DNA of 63,755 nt, counting the filler, from Octopus bimaculoides (lineage: Eukaryota): NCBI RefSeq assembly GCF_001194135.2. It is 9 parts of 8 records of this genome, joined end to end, with 100 filler letters (N's around TTAATTAATTAA, not from the genome) between each part and the next. Parts side by side here need not be neighbours in the genome. Positions count along the whole stretch, not along the records: positions 6,415 to 31,712 come from NC_068981.1; 8 more parts are not named here. One strand, written 5' to 3'. Positions 12,566 to 23,775 of this stretch are shown piece by piece (within the stretch, counting starts at the first letter, position 1; every line of letters begins with the position of its first letter). The position numbers and the translations under genes were made by a program. Below the pieces are notes generated by a model. The model was not told the DNA's origin, searched no databases, and saw only the letters and a list, made by a program, of their open reading frames with translations.

Positions 12566-12655
12566 TTAGATCATCCGATAATTTACACCAGTTGTTCTGA
12601 ACTGGGGTCCATATGACTCTTGAAGGTCGACATAAGATTTTGTAGTATGTATGTA

Positions 12656-12803
12656 TGCTTACCAACCACATGGTTCCAGGTTCAGTTCCACTGCGTGGCA
12701 CCTTGGGCAAGTGTCTCCTACTATAGCCTCGGGCCGACCAAAGCCTTGTGAGTGGATTTGGTAGACGGAAACTGAAAGAAGCCCGTCGTATATATGTATA
12801 TGC

Positions 12804-12850
<47 letters not shown>

Positions 12851-13048
12851 TGTGTGTGTGTGTGTGTGTTTGTGTGTCTGTGTTTGTCCTCGAAACATCA
12901 CTTGACAACCAATGCTGGTTTGTTTACGTCCCCGTAATTTAGCGGTTCGGCAAGAGGTCCTGGGGTCGATTTGCTCAACTAAAGGCGGTGCTCCAGTATG
13001 GCCGCAATAAAATGATTGAAACAAGTAAAAGAGTAAAGGAGTAAAGAG
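12656..13048 (+). mobile_element. SINE family A with an expanded internal (TG)n
   Basis: High identity to 48912-49325, with an agagtaa-type tail. Confidence 0.92.
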
Positions 13049-13577
13049 CAAAATTTAAGCTCAATAAATTGATTATACTGCTACAATCAGTATAATTGTA
13101 GCAGTATATATATTATCCACGAAAATACGCACAGACACAAATATACATATGTGCATACACACATATGCGCGCACGCGCTCAGACACACATACACAAACAT
13201 TTACAAAATATTTCTAACACTCTTTTATACAATTCCTTCAAATATTTAATCAAATAAATAAATAAAAATTTCTTTAATAATTATTTTTATCAATTTTCTT
13301 TTATTATATACAATTCCTAATAATATTTAATTATAAAAATGTAATAGGATATTTCAAACATCAAATGGTTATGAGGGCCCATCTAAATACAAAAGGAATA
13401 ACAGGGGGCCTGTTGGCATGAGCACCACTTATTTAGACGATGAGTATTTCATTTGTTCGATTAACGCAATGATTTAGCGTGTAAGTGACTACGCATTCCA
13501 CAGAAAAGCGTACCCTAAATATGATCCTCAGCAAAACAAAGTTGTCTCATTAAATTACGAGTACAATGCAGACGACT

Positions 13578-13906
13578 GAAGGCGCGTGGCTAAGTGGTAA
13601 AGGATATTCGGCTCACAATTGTAAGGTCATGAATCCGATTCCCGGCGGTGCGTTGCGTCCTTGAGCAAGGCACTTATTTCACATTGCTTCAGTCCACTCA
13701 GCTGGCAAAAATGAGCAGCACTTGTTTTTCAAAGAAGCCAGCTTTTTCACATTGTGTGTCGCGCTGAATCTCCCTGAGAACTACGTTAAGCAGGCACACA
13801 TATCTGTGGAGTGCTCAGCCACTTACTTCTACGTCAATTTGACGAGCAGGCTATTCTATTGATAGGATCAACTGGAACCCTCGTCATCGTAACCGACGGA
13901 GTGCCA
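13578..13906 (+). mobile_element. tRNA-derived SINE with a CORE-like middle and the family B 3' tail
   Basis: Head gaaggcgcgtggctaagtggt...gattccc. CORE-like gtccttgagcaaggcactt...gtccactcagctg. The tail gctgaatctccctgagaactacgttaag...cgacggagtgcca is shared with 51243-51625. Confidence 0.85.
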
Positions 13907-13984
13907 GATTGTTGCGCTTTTTTGCGGGTTTCCATACATTTCCATCTATCCAATACCACACACAAACTTTAATTTATGCACAAA

Positions 13985-14101
13985 GCCAGTAATTTTGAGG
14001 GAAGAGCACCAATCGACTACATCGATCTCCAAAATTTGACCGGTACTTTAATAGAACCCCAGACATAGATGAAAGGTAAAGTAAACGCACCGGCATTTGA
14101 A
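13985..14101 (-). mobile_element. Degenerate SINE family C fragment
   Basis: atcgactacatcgat...ggtactttaat...gatgaaaggtaaagt...atttgaac. Confidence 0.55.
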
Positions 14102-14460
14102 CAGCTACCGCTAGGCTTTTATTTTATTTTTTTAAAGTGCTCTAACGATTCTGCACTAACAGAATGCACACAACCACAACGCACACTAAGATAATCGTAT
14201 ATTAATTCACACCAACACACTTGCATACATTCGCACATATACATACGAACACACGATCACACAAAAAACGCACGAGCGACAATACTCGACCGTACGCATG
14301 AAGACACGCACACACGCACGCAAAACTATGCCTCCCCAGATATAATGTGATGATGCAGTGCGTGTTAATGCCACTCAAGTGGGTGTGTTAATGTATTCGT
14401 TTCAGTCATTCTATAAGTATACTGTTTACACATAGATACATACATATATATGTATAGATA

Positions 14461-14536
<76 letters not shown>
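14461..14536. repeat. (CA)n microsatellite
   Basis: Perfect repeat running into a gap. Confidence 0.97.
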
Positions 14537-15203
14537 NNNNNNNNNNNNNNNNNNNNNNNNNNNNNNNNNNNNNNNNNNNNNNNNNNNNNNNNNNNNNNNN
14601 NNNNNNNNNNNNNNNNNNNNNNNNNNNNNNNNNNNNNNNNNNNNNNNNNNNNNNNNNNNNNNNNNNNNNNNNNNNNNNNNNNNNNNNNNNNNNNNNNNNN
14701 NNNNNNNNNNNNNNNNNNNNNNNNNNNNNNNNNNNNNNNNNNNNNNNNNNNNNNNNNNNNNNNNNNNNNNNNNNNNNNNNNNNNNNNNNNNNNNNNNNNN
14801 NNNNNNNNNNNNNNNNNNNNNNNNNNNNNNNNNNNNNNNNNNNNNNNNNNNNNNNNNNNNNNNNNNNNNNNNNNNNNNNNNNNNNNNNNNNNNNNNNNNN
14901 NNNNNNNNNNNNNNNNNNNNNNNNNNNNNNNNNNNNNNNNNNNNNNNNNNNNNNNNNNNNNNNNNNNNNNNNNNNNNNNNNNNNNNNNNNNNNNNNNNNN
15001 NNNNNNNNNNNNNNNNNNNNNNNNNNNNNNNNNNNNNNNNNNNNNNNNNNNNNNNNNNNNNNNNNNNNNNNNNNNNNNNNNNNNNNNNNNNNNNNNNNNN
15101 NNNNNNNNNNNNNNNNNNNNNNNNNNNNNNNNNNNNNNNNNNNNNNNNNNNNNNNNNNNNNNNNNNNNNNNNNNNNNNNNNNNNNNNNNNNNNNNNATCA
15201 TCA

Positions 15204-15253
<50 letters not shown>

Positions 15254-15256
<3 letters not shown>

Positions 15257-15479
15257 GTTCAGTAGTTTTATTTTTATAACGTGCTTTCACTTCACTACCG
15301 AGCGCAGCTCTGTGTGCCTTGGGTATGTGCTGTGGTTTGCTATGATGCTCTTATGGTTACTGTATTGAAAGTGTTTTGCGTAGAATGTGTGCAGTACCCA
15401 GTAGTGCAATTTTCTGTATGTTATATATATTTGTAAGTCCTGGTATTTTTGTTATGTATTTGTCTGAATATTTAAAACC

Positions 15480-15483
<4 letters not shown>
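15254..15483 (-). mobile_element. 5'-truncated R4/Dong-like LINE 3' end inserted in (TAA)n
   Basis: Open frame SDKYITKIPGLTNIYNIQKIALLGTAHILRKTLSIQ*, then a ~100 nt 3'UTR. (ATT)n lies on both sides (15206-15256, 15483-15516). Confidence 0.85.
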
Positions 15484-15516
<33 letters not shown>

Positions 15517-15530
15517 CAAGTAATTATTTA

Positions 15531-15792
15531 GAAGGGTTCCACAATTCTTCGCGCTCATCACTGACAGCCGCACATCCAAATTTGTGGAAATTGTGCACTG
15601 CCCTTAAATCTGAGGAAGGATTAAGCCAGACAAAAATTGCACACGTTCGACGTGGAGACTCAACAAGAACAACAACAAAAAGAAAAAAAAACCTATCAAA
15701 TTATTGATGCACGACTGAAGAAGCTAGTTCAGGAATATCAAAATGAAAACCCTCATCAATTTTTAAGAAGTATTGCACACAATTTGTATTGA
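15531..15792 (+). pseudogene. MULE (Mutator-like) transposase C-terminal fragment
   Basis: EGFHNSSRSSLTAAHPNLWKLCTALKSEE...YQIIDARLKKLVQEYQNENPHQFLRSIAHNLY*, with one frameshift in an A-run. Confidence 0.7.
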
Positions 15793-16102
15793 GAATTAAA
15801 AAAAAAATAATAAATTGAGCTTTCTTATCCGAACTCTGCTTCACAATGTACTCGCTGTTATTTTTTCTCGTATTGTTATAATAAAACGTGTGCTAAAATT
15901 TAATCTTTTCTTTCTTTATTCCAAATTATATCATTTTTGATATTTTGTGATGAGTCTTTTTCATAGATTCTTGCTCGATGGGAGTACATTAGAGCGATCC
16001 CTTCTCAATTCAAGTAAAGTATAAAGATTATTTTATATCTCACCTTCAGACTCTCTCTCTCTGTCTGTCTGTCCGTCTCTCTGTCTCTCTCTTTCTCTGT
16101 CC

Positions 16103-16140
<38 letters not shown>

Positions 16141-16219
16141 AACACTTGAGAGATAGACATTAAATAGCATAGGTGTTGACCCACGGTCTAGAGAAACTGA
16201 CCACGGTGATTATTAGCGG

Positions 16220-16316
16220 CTGGAATTTACCATGGTGGAATATACCGTGGTGGAATTTACCTATGGGGAAATTTACCTGGTGGAACTTTCCGTGATGAAA
16301 TTTACCTAAAACCGTT
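16220..16316 (+). repeat. Subterminal tandem motif (tggtggaatttacc-like), probable MULE/Foldback-type end
   Basis: Six imperfect ggaatttacc units ending aaatttacctaaaaccg, ~430 nt downstream of the MULE ORF end. Confidence 0.55.
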
Positions 16317-17312
16317 ATTCCAGCCGTGACTGTCCTCCTGCAGTTTGTCTCTTCTCCTCTCCCTCTCCGGCTCTCTTTCTCACTCCGTCATACTCTTTTT
16401 CTCTCTTCCCCATTCTCTCTCTCTCTCTCTTGCATATTTGTGATCACATTATCTGATATGTTTTTTCTCTCTTGTAATTTGGTGAAGACATAACTGCTAT
16501 AACTACCAGATCTAGTAATTCACGGGCATGCGTGTTTGTATATGTATGTGTGTATGTGAATGTACGAGAGTGAGCGTATGTATGAGAAAGAGTTGTGTGT
16601 GTGTGTGGGGGGGTGCAAGAGTGTGCGCGCGCATACTGTTTTATTTGGAGGCGTATTTCTTCTCTTTTAGTTCTTGAATGTAGTCTTGCAAAAATAACCA
16701 TGCTGCAGTTTTTATTGTTTAACCACCAAGTTAGTCGTAATCGAACAGACATCTATGATAAAAGTCTTTCTTTAATGTTAGTGTTAGAAATGCAGCAGTT
16801 GTCGAAGCTGCAGCTGTCTGTGTTGTTGCTTCTGCTATTGATACGCCTGTACGTTGTTGTTCTTGTTCGGTTTGTGTTATCGGCGGTAGATGGATCTTCG
16901 AACTACTTCCGCTTTCAACACCAATTACACAGGTAGTTAATGTCTTACATTTTTCCATATCTCCCGTTTTTAACAAGAGGATCTTTAGTGTTGTCCTATA
17001 TCAAAACTCCCTTTCAGTTAATTTTACATCGTTTATGGTGTCACTTCTTCCAATATAACACAGGCCAACACCCACCAGATGCCCAGCTCTGGTTGCACTC
17101 TATCTTTCACATGAATACTCCTACTTCTAAAATAGTTTCGACAGTGTGTGACTTCACCGTAGCGTATAGGAACTATAATGTGCTTCAGTGCAACGGTTTA
17201 TCTTTCTACACTCCCGAACTACATTGCCCTGAGAAATATTCTGTATCTTCCCATGTATCTTTGAAGGCTCTTCCACATGGGTGTGTCTACCTTCTAAGCA
17301 TTGGGATTTTAC

Positions 17313-17467
17313 CGAAAGCGCAGTTTTCCGAGCAGTTGTTGCCGAAATATCTACTGGAATTGCAGCTTAGCTTTTTCAACCATTCACTTTCACAGACTGT
17401 GCTACCTATGTCAAGCATGTTTCCTTTTAGGGAGAGTGACAAGTATTTTGTTGCCTTCGCTGTTATC
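17313..17467 (-). CDS. Candidate exon encoding an EGF-like Cys-rich peptide (possibly pseudogenic)
   Basis: ttttcctag acceptor and G|gtaaaa donor. Translates to ITAKATKYLSLSLKGNMLDIGSTVCESEWLKKLSCNSSRYFGNNCSENCAF. Phase matches the 17809 exon. Confidence 0.33.
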
Positions 17468-17499
17468 CTAGGAAAACTAGCCTGACCGTAGAGTTACAA

Positions 17500-17800
17500 C
17501 CACCATTTACTTTTCCGTCGTCGTTATTGTTGTTGTCATAGCTGTTGTTGTTGCTGTTGTTGCTGTTGCTGTCGTGGTTGTTGATGTTGCTGTTTCTGTT
17601 ATTAATGTTATTGCTGCCGTTTCTCTTATTATTGTCTTGCTACTGCTAATGTCGCTGCTGCTGAAGGTTTTATATTCTGGCGCTGTCGTTGTTGTTGTTA
17701 TTGTTGTTGCTGCTGGTGATGCTATTATTGCTCGTGTTCTTCTTACTGTTGCTAACATTGTTATTATCGTTCCTGTTATTATTGCACGTATTATTTCTTA
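17500..17800. repeat. Degenerate (GTT/GCT/ATT)n trinucleotide region
   Basis: 3-bp periodicity. It generates poly-V/T ORFs. Confidence 0.8.
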
Positions 17801-17808
17801 CAGCTAAC

Positions 17809-17885
17809 CTGAGAGACTGTCGTATTAGAACGAAGAGGAGAAGTGTGTAATATTCTCTAATAAAGTTGGTAAGGGTATGAGCCAT
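17809..17885 (-). CDS. Candidate start exon encoding a signal-peptide-like N-terminus (exon 17809-17944)
   Basis: ttatttttttccag acceptor at 17945 and CAG|gttagc donor. Translates to MAHTLTNFIREYYTLLLFVLIRQSL, ending in phase 2. Confidence 0.33.
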
Positions 17886-18186
17886 TATTTCTGCTATTTC
17901 ATCACTTTATCTGATAGCCGGCATAACTAACTCCATAATTCCACCTGGAAAAAAATAACAGACGAGAGTATATAAATTCATGCACAAGTGTAGCTTAAAG
18001 GGCAATCCACCTCTTCACTCAGTGAAGTAGGGTTCCTTATTGAAAATTCTGATTAAATTTCATAAGAGTAAAGAAATTGTTTTGAACAAAATTTAACAAA
18101 CCTTCGGAAGCCGATGCTCCGACTACAATTGATGATAATAATAATAATAATAATAATAATGATAATAATAATAATAATTTCTTGTG

Positions 18187-18366
18187 GGGAGGGGAGTAGT
18201 CGATTACATCGATCCCAGTGTGCAACTGGTACTTTATTTATCAACCCCGAAAGAGTGAAAGGGAAAGTCGACCTCGGCGGAGTTTGAACTCAGAACGTAA
18301 AGACGGACGAAATGCCGCTAAACATTTTGCCTAGCGTGCTAACGATTCTGCCAGTTCACCGCCTTA
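18187..18366 (-). mobile_element. SINE family C between (AAT)n and (AAC/GAT)n
   Basis: Near-consensus copy. Microsatellites at 18134-18178 and 18367-18495. Confidence 0.92.
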
Positions 18367-19029
18367 AACAACAACAACAACAACAACAACAATAATAATA
18401 ACGATAACAACAACAACGGCGACGATGACGATGACGATGGTGATGATAATGATGATGATGATGTTGATGATGTTGATGATGACGATGGTGATGATTTATT
18501 AACTACTAAATGTTTACAAAATGAGCAAGGATAGTACAGGACGGCAGGATATCATGAGGAATGGATGCAAATATATATTTGAATGTCTTCAGTGCAATTT
18601 GCGAGTATGTAATTTGCAGTAATTTTATTGCTGACTGTCCAATCACAATGAAACTATACACAATGTTTGGTTATAAAGTTGTTGCAGTCTTGCGTAATTG
18701 CAAGGATTAGTATGTATAGTCATGAGTCTGTATTTTATTGATTCCGTATACTGTTGAGTATTTGTTGTATTGTGTATGTAATTCAATGCAATGCGAATTT
18801 AGTGTGTGTAGAGTGGAGTATTTGATATGTTGAGTTATTTTCAATGTTGAATTAGTGTTTTTTTACGTACTAATTAATTGGGTGCAGCGTTGTGAGAATA
18901 TAATTTCGAATGACAGCAGTGTAGTGTGAGAACAAAGGTAAAGATCTGCGATGCTGTTGAAGTGCGGTATTAAATGCTTGCATTGTAATAGAGAGCAGTG
19001 TTGCGTGAGTACAGTGACGAATGTGTTTC

Positions 19030-19190
19030 TTTTCTACTCTAGGCAGAAGGCCCGAAATATTTGGAGAGGGGGGCTAGTCGATTAGATCGACCCCAGTACG
19101 CAACTGGTACTTAATCTATTGACGTCGAAAGGATGAAACGCAAAGTCGACTTCGGCGGAATTTCAACTCAGAACGTAAGGACAGACGAGA
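19030..19190 (-). mobile_element. SINE family C, 3' part
   Basis: ttctactctaggcagaaggcccgaaat...agtcgacttcggcggaatttcaactcagaacgtaag. Confidence 0.88.
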
Positions 19191-20012
19191 GGAATGTGTA
19201 CAATATTGAGCACACTGTTGAGTGAGTTCAGTGTTAAGTGAGTGTAGTGTTAGGTGTTTTCTGAATTGAGTATAATGTTGAATGTATATACATGAAAAAA
19301 AACAAAAAAAAAACAATGNNNNNNNNNNNNNNNNNNNNNNNNNNNNNNNNNNNNNNNNNNNNNNNNNNNNNNNNNNNNNNNNNNNNNNNNNNNNNNNNNN
19401 NNNNNNNNNNNNNNNNNNNNNNNNNNNNNNNNNNNNNNNNNNNNNNNNNNNNNNNNNNNNNNNNNNNNNNNNNNNNNNNNNNNNNNNNNNNNNNNNNNNN
19501 NNNNNNNNNNNNNNNNNNNNNNNNNNNNNNNNNNNNNNNNNNNNNNNNNNNNNNNNNNNNNNNNNNNNNNNNNNNNNNNNNNNNNNNNNNNNNNNNNNNN
19601 NNNNNNNNNNNNNNNNNNNNNNNNNNNNNNNNNNNNNNNNNNNNNNNNNNNNNNNNNNNNNNNNNNNNNNNNNNNNNNNNNNNNNNNNNNNNNNNNNNNN
19701 NNNNNNNNNNNNNNNNNNNNNNNNNNNNNNNNNNNNNNNNNNNNNNNNNNNNNNNNNNNNNNNNNNNNNNNNNNNNNNNNNNNNNNNNNNNNNNNNNNNN
19801 NNNNNNNNNNNNNNNNNNNNNNNNNNNNNNNNNNNNNNNNNNNNNNNNNNNNNNNNNNNNNNNNNNNNNNNNNNNNNNNNNNNNNNNNNNNNNNNNNNNN
19901 NNNNNNNNNNNNNNNNNNNNNNNNNNNNNNNNNNNNNNNNNNNNNNNNNNNNNNNNNNNNNNNNNNNNNNNNNNNNNNNNNNNNNNNNNNNNNNNNNNNN
20001 NNNNNNNNNNNN

Positions 20013-20056
<44 letters not shown>

Positions 20057-20467
20057 GTGTGTATACTGGTATAGGTTCTGATGGGGCGTGAAAAATCTGT
20101 ATAGTTCTAATACACCAATAAACATGGCTGTCTACGCTCTTGAACTGGAATCTTGAGAGAATTGAAAGTCCACTTCAGGCACATCTTTGGTACATGTTGT
20201 GTGCTAGATTCACATAATGTAAGTAACATGACAAAAATTAGCTCAGCAGAAATTTCATGTTCGACATTTCTAATGCCATTGCATATAAATCATCTCATGT
20301 GAACAGTTACGCAAACACATAATCAGACTAACATCACGTTGTGCTGTTTTACCTTATGTGACATTTTATGTTACATTTATGGAGAAGAAACATGCTAATA
20401 ATTATAAAATAGCAAGGAAAATGATGAATGAAAACAGATAAAGACAAGACAATAATAATCCTTTTTA

Positions 20468-20672
20468 CAAAAGGCACAAAGCCTGAAAGTTTACGGGAGG
20501 GTACTAGTCGATTACATCAACCTCAGTGTTTCACTGGTACTTAACTTATCGACTCCGAGAGGATGAAAGGCAAAGTCGACACCGGCGAATTTTAAATCAG
20601 AACATAAAGACACACGAAATGCAGCGGAGCATTTTACCCGGCGTGCTAACGCTTCTGCCAGATCGCCTCCTT
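20468..20672 (-). mobile_element. SINE family C, full length
   Basis: Head aaggaggcgatctggcagaagcgttagcacgccggg and ttgtgcctttt tail on the minus strand. Confidence 0.9.
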
Positions 20673-20710
20673 GTGACAAGACAACAACAACAACAACAAC
20701 AACAACAACC

Positions 20711-20766
<56 letters not shown>

Positions 20767-21063
20767 NNNNNNNNNNNNNNNNNNNNNNNNNNNNNNNNNN
20801 NNNNNNNNNNNNNNNNNNNNNNNNNNNNNNNNNNNNNNNNNNNNNNNNNNNNNNNNNNNNNNNNNNNNNNNNNNNNNNNNNNNNNNNNNNNNNNNNNNNN
20901 NNNNNNNNNNNNNNNNNNNNNNNNNNNNNNNNNNNNNNNNNNNNNNNNNNNNNNNNNNNNNNNNNNNNNNNNNNNNNNNNNNNNNNNNNNNNNNNNNNNN
21001 NNNNNNNNNNNNNNNNNNNNNNNNNNNNNNNNNNNNNNNNNNNNNNNNNNNNNNNNNNNNNNN

Positions 21064-21380
21064 GTATAGAGCCCTTTCTCCTTTTACATTACCTTTTTTT
21101 TCTTTTCTACAGGTGTATTCTCAGAATTGATCCGTTTATACTGGCCATTTTTCCAACAGTCACCCATCTTTCAACGAATTTGCTATGAGACAGCACTTCC
21201 CTCTCTACTCTCATCTTCCTTTTCAAGTGGAACTTGAAAAAGTTGATGAGGCCTTGGCCAAAGAGGAAAGTGTCTGTCTTTAACCCTTTCAAACGGGTCC
21301 ACCATATCACCTCTTTCGCTACAGCCACTAGGCATAGGAAAATTGCCTTGCCCTCCTGGTTAAAGGAGGTCGGCGGGTCA
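21064..21380 (-). pseudogene. Tx1/L1-clade LINE ORF2 C-terminus and start of 3'UTR
   Basis: Open frame PPTSFNQEGKAIFLCLVAVAKEVIWWTRLKG...FFKFHLKRKMRVEREVLSHSKFVERWVTVGKMASINGSILRIHL*, with the AK..IW..R and F...W motifs. Flanked by (AAT)n. Confidence 0.75.
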
Positions 21381-21400
21381 ATTATAATAATAATAATAAT

Positions 21401-21985
21401 TGACCGAATGTAGGTGAAGATCAGCGAATGCGATGGCAAGGTGAAGTTATAGAAGAAGAGAGGACTGCCGTTCAATATAATGTAGAAAACTCTGTATTAT
21501 GAGAGAATATGACTGAGGAACAGAGACACCTCAGGATAACACTCGAGGCTATAGTAGTTACAAGAACAGAGACCAAACCGGTGAATTTGAGAAGCTTCGT
21601 CCATAACAACGCGAAACGCGCGACCCAAAAGGTTGATGAGATTCTGAAATACATTCTGACAAAAGATCCAGCTGAAACAAGGGATTTGATAGGATACGCT
21701 TCAATTTTAGTAGGTGAACTGGTTGGAAAGAAAGAGAGGAAAGAGACGGACAAAAGAAGACATAGTGAAGCGGAGAATTGAAGGCGATATTAAAACTTTG
21801 CATAAAGATCTGAGTTGCATTGAAGAATGGTCCAAAGAGCAATGCCAAAAAAATGTGCAGGGGCATATCTTGACGTAAAATACCAAATAGAAAAGAAAAG
21901 TTTTAATACTGTTATCGAAACTCTAAAGCAACGTGTGCGGGCAGAAGCAAGAGAAGTGGACGAGGTATATTACAAATGACAGCAC
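21401..21985 (+). pseudogene. R4/Dong-like LINE ORF, pre-RT region, decayed
   Basis: KVDEILKYILTKDPAETRDLIGYASILVGELVGKK / KRRIEGDIKTLHKDLSCIEEW / LDVKYQIEKKSFNTVIETLKQRVRAEA. Confidence 0.75.
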
Positions 21986-22029
21986 CTCTTTGCCCGATGA
22001 ATTTAACTAGAAAAGCAGGTAGAAGAAAA

Positions 22030-22800
22030 CGGCACGGTATTTTTTATGTTCAAGAAACATGGGAAGGGGTACCATATGTTCGTAAAAACGTTGAAATTGT
22101 CTTAGGTGATATGTTGTAGAATTTGTGCTGCGTTTCTCGAAGCAAGATATATGGCGGAGTGTGAATTTTTAAAAGTGAGGACGATGTGAAGAGATAGACG
22201 GAGTTGGTACACCCTATCTTTTTCCACGAGTGAGAACATATGTCCCAGTTTCGTGAGGATCACGGTCAGTCATATTGGCATGGACGTCCACGCATGGTGT
22301 GCCGTCACATTCTTGCAACAAGGGCGAAAGCACGGAAGAGGTCTATAAAAATGCGATCGAGTGGACAAGGCATGGGTGTCCAAATCTTAATGTGCCAATA
22401 GGACCACAAAACTATCCTGGAGCTTTATAATAATTGGGGACGAGTCAATGAGTTCAATGAAAAGGATGGTGCCATAAAGAAGGCCTAATTGGTACTCATG
22501 TGTATCAATAGATACGTGGTGAGTTTTTGAATCAGGGAAAATGTGAAGGAAAAGGAAAAGAAAAGCAAGGAAAAACATGGCGGAAGGCTGCAGCATTGCA
22601 ACAATGATAGTAGCAAGCCCCAAAGGAGAAGACGAAGTCTACTACTAGCACAGTTTTCGTGAGCAGCATCGTTCGCAGCTCCGGGATTATGAGTGGTGTG
22701 CGTGCACATGTACGCGTGTGTATCTCCACACATTTGGTAGTTCATTTATGCAGTGCATTTTCTATTGTATATTTGGTCCCTTGTGGCCAATAAAGAAAAG
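22030..22800 (+). mobile_element. Highly decayed Tx1-like 3' fragment
   Basis: Residual W/C motifs. Ends ggtcccttgtggccaataaagaaaag like the other Tx1-type termini. Confidence 0.5.
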
Positions 22801-23742
22801 ATTATGAATCTCATTGTTCTTGCTTTTGTTATATTACAGGCTACTATTCTTGTTATTAACATTGATAGGGATACTGCTGTTTTTGTATTGCAATTGTTAT
22901 GATTGTTTGTTGCTGTTGTTGTTACTATTATCAATATTGTTGTTTTTGTTGCTGTTGGTGGTGGTGGTGATGTTGTTGTTCTTAGTGTTGTTATTTGCTT
23001 TCACCTTATTTTGTTCTCCCTGACAACAGTTTCTTTTGCTTCACTTTACTTCGCTCTCTTATTATATTTTTGTTTTGCTTATTCGTTTCTTGTTTCTCCT
23101 TCGTTCTTTCACACATTGGATCATTGTCTCTTTCTCGCGCTCTTCAAATATGGCGTTGTATTCCACAAATCTTCATTCCTCCGTCTTTAAACTCCTCTTT
23201 CACAACTCTCCCCTTCCAACACACACGTACGTATAATCTATCTCCTTTTCTGCCTCTCCTTCTTCCCCAAATAACTCTCCTTCCTTTTCCTCCCATCACC
23301 ATTGGCACCTCTCCATCTCCTTCCTTGCTCATCATTTCCCTCACCCACTCGTTTTTCTCCCCTACACTTTCTTCTAGCTGATAACCTCATTTTCCCGCCC
23401 TCCCACCTGCAGTCTACAAGTTTCCACAGCAGGTCTTCATACATCCATTCATTCATACACGCAGTACTATGTTTCTGCTACTCTTCCCTATGCGCCTAAG
23501 CCATTCCGCGCTAGACCGCACCAAACCACACCAGACCGCTCTATGCCACACCACAAAACATGGCACTACATAACGCCACATCCCGTCGTACACCGCCATC
23601 TATACAATAACTTGTGCCACACAAAGCAGCTAATTCGTCCGTCTCGTGCCGCGTCTGTGCGTCGACGTATACCACACTCCACATCTCACCACGCAACTTC
23701 ATTGTTGCTTACTAGAGCTTGAAAAATGTATGCATGCATACA

Positions 23743-23775
<33 letters not shown>

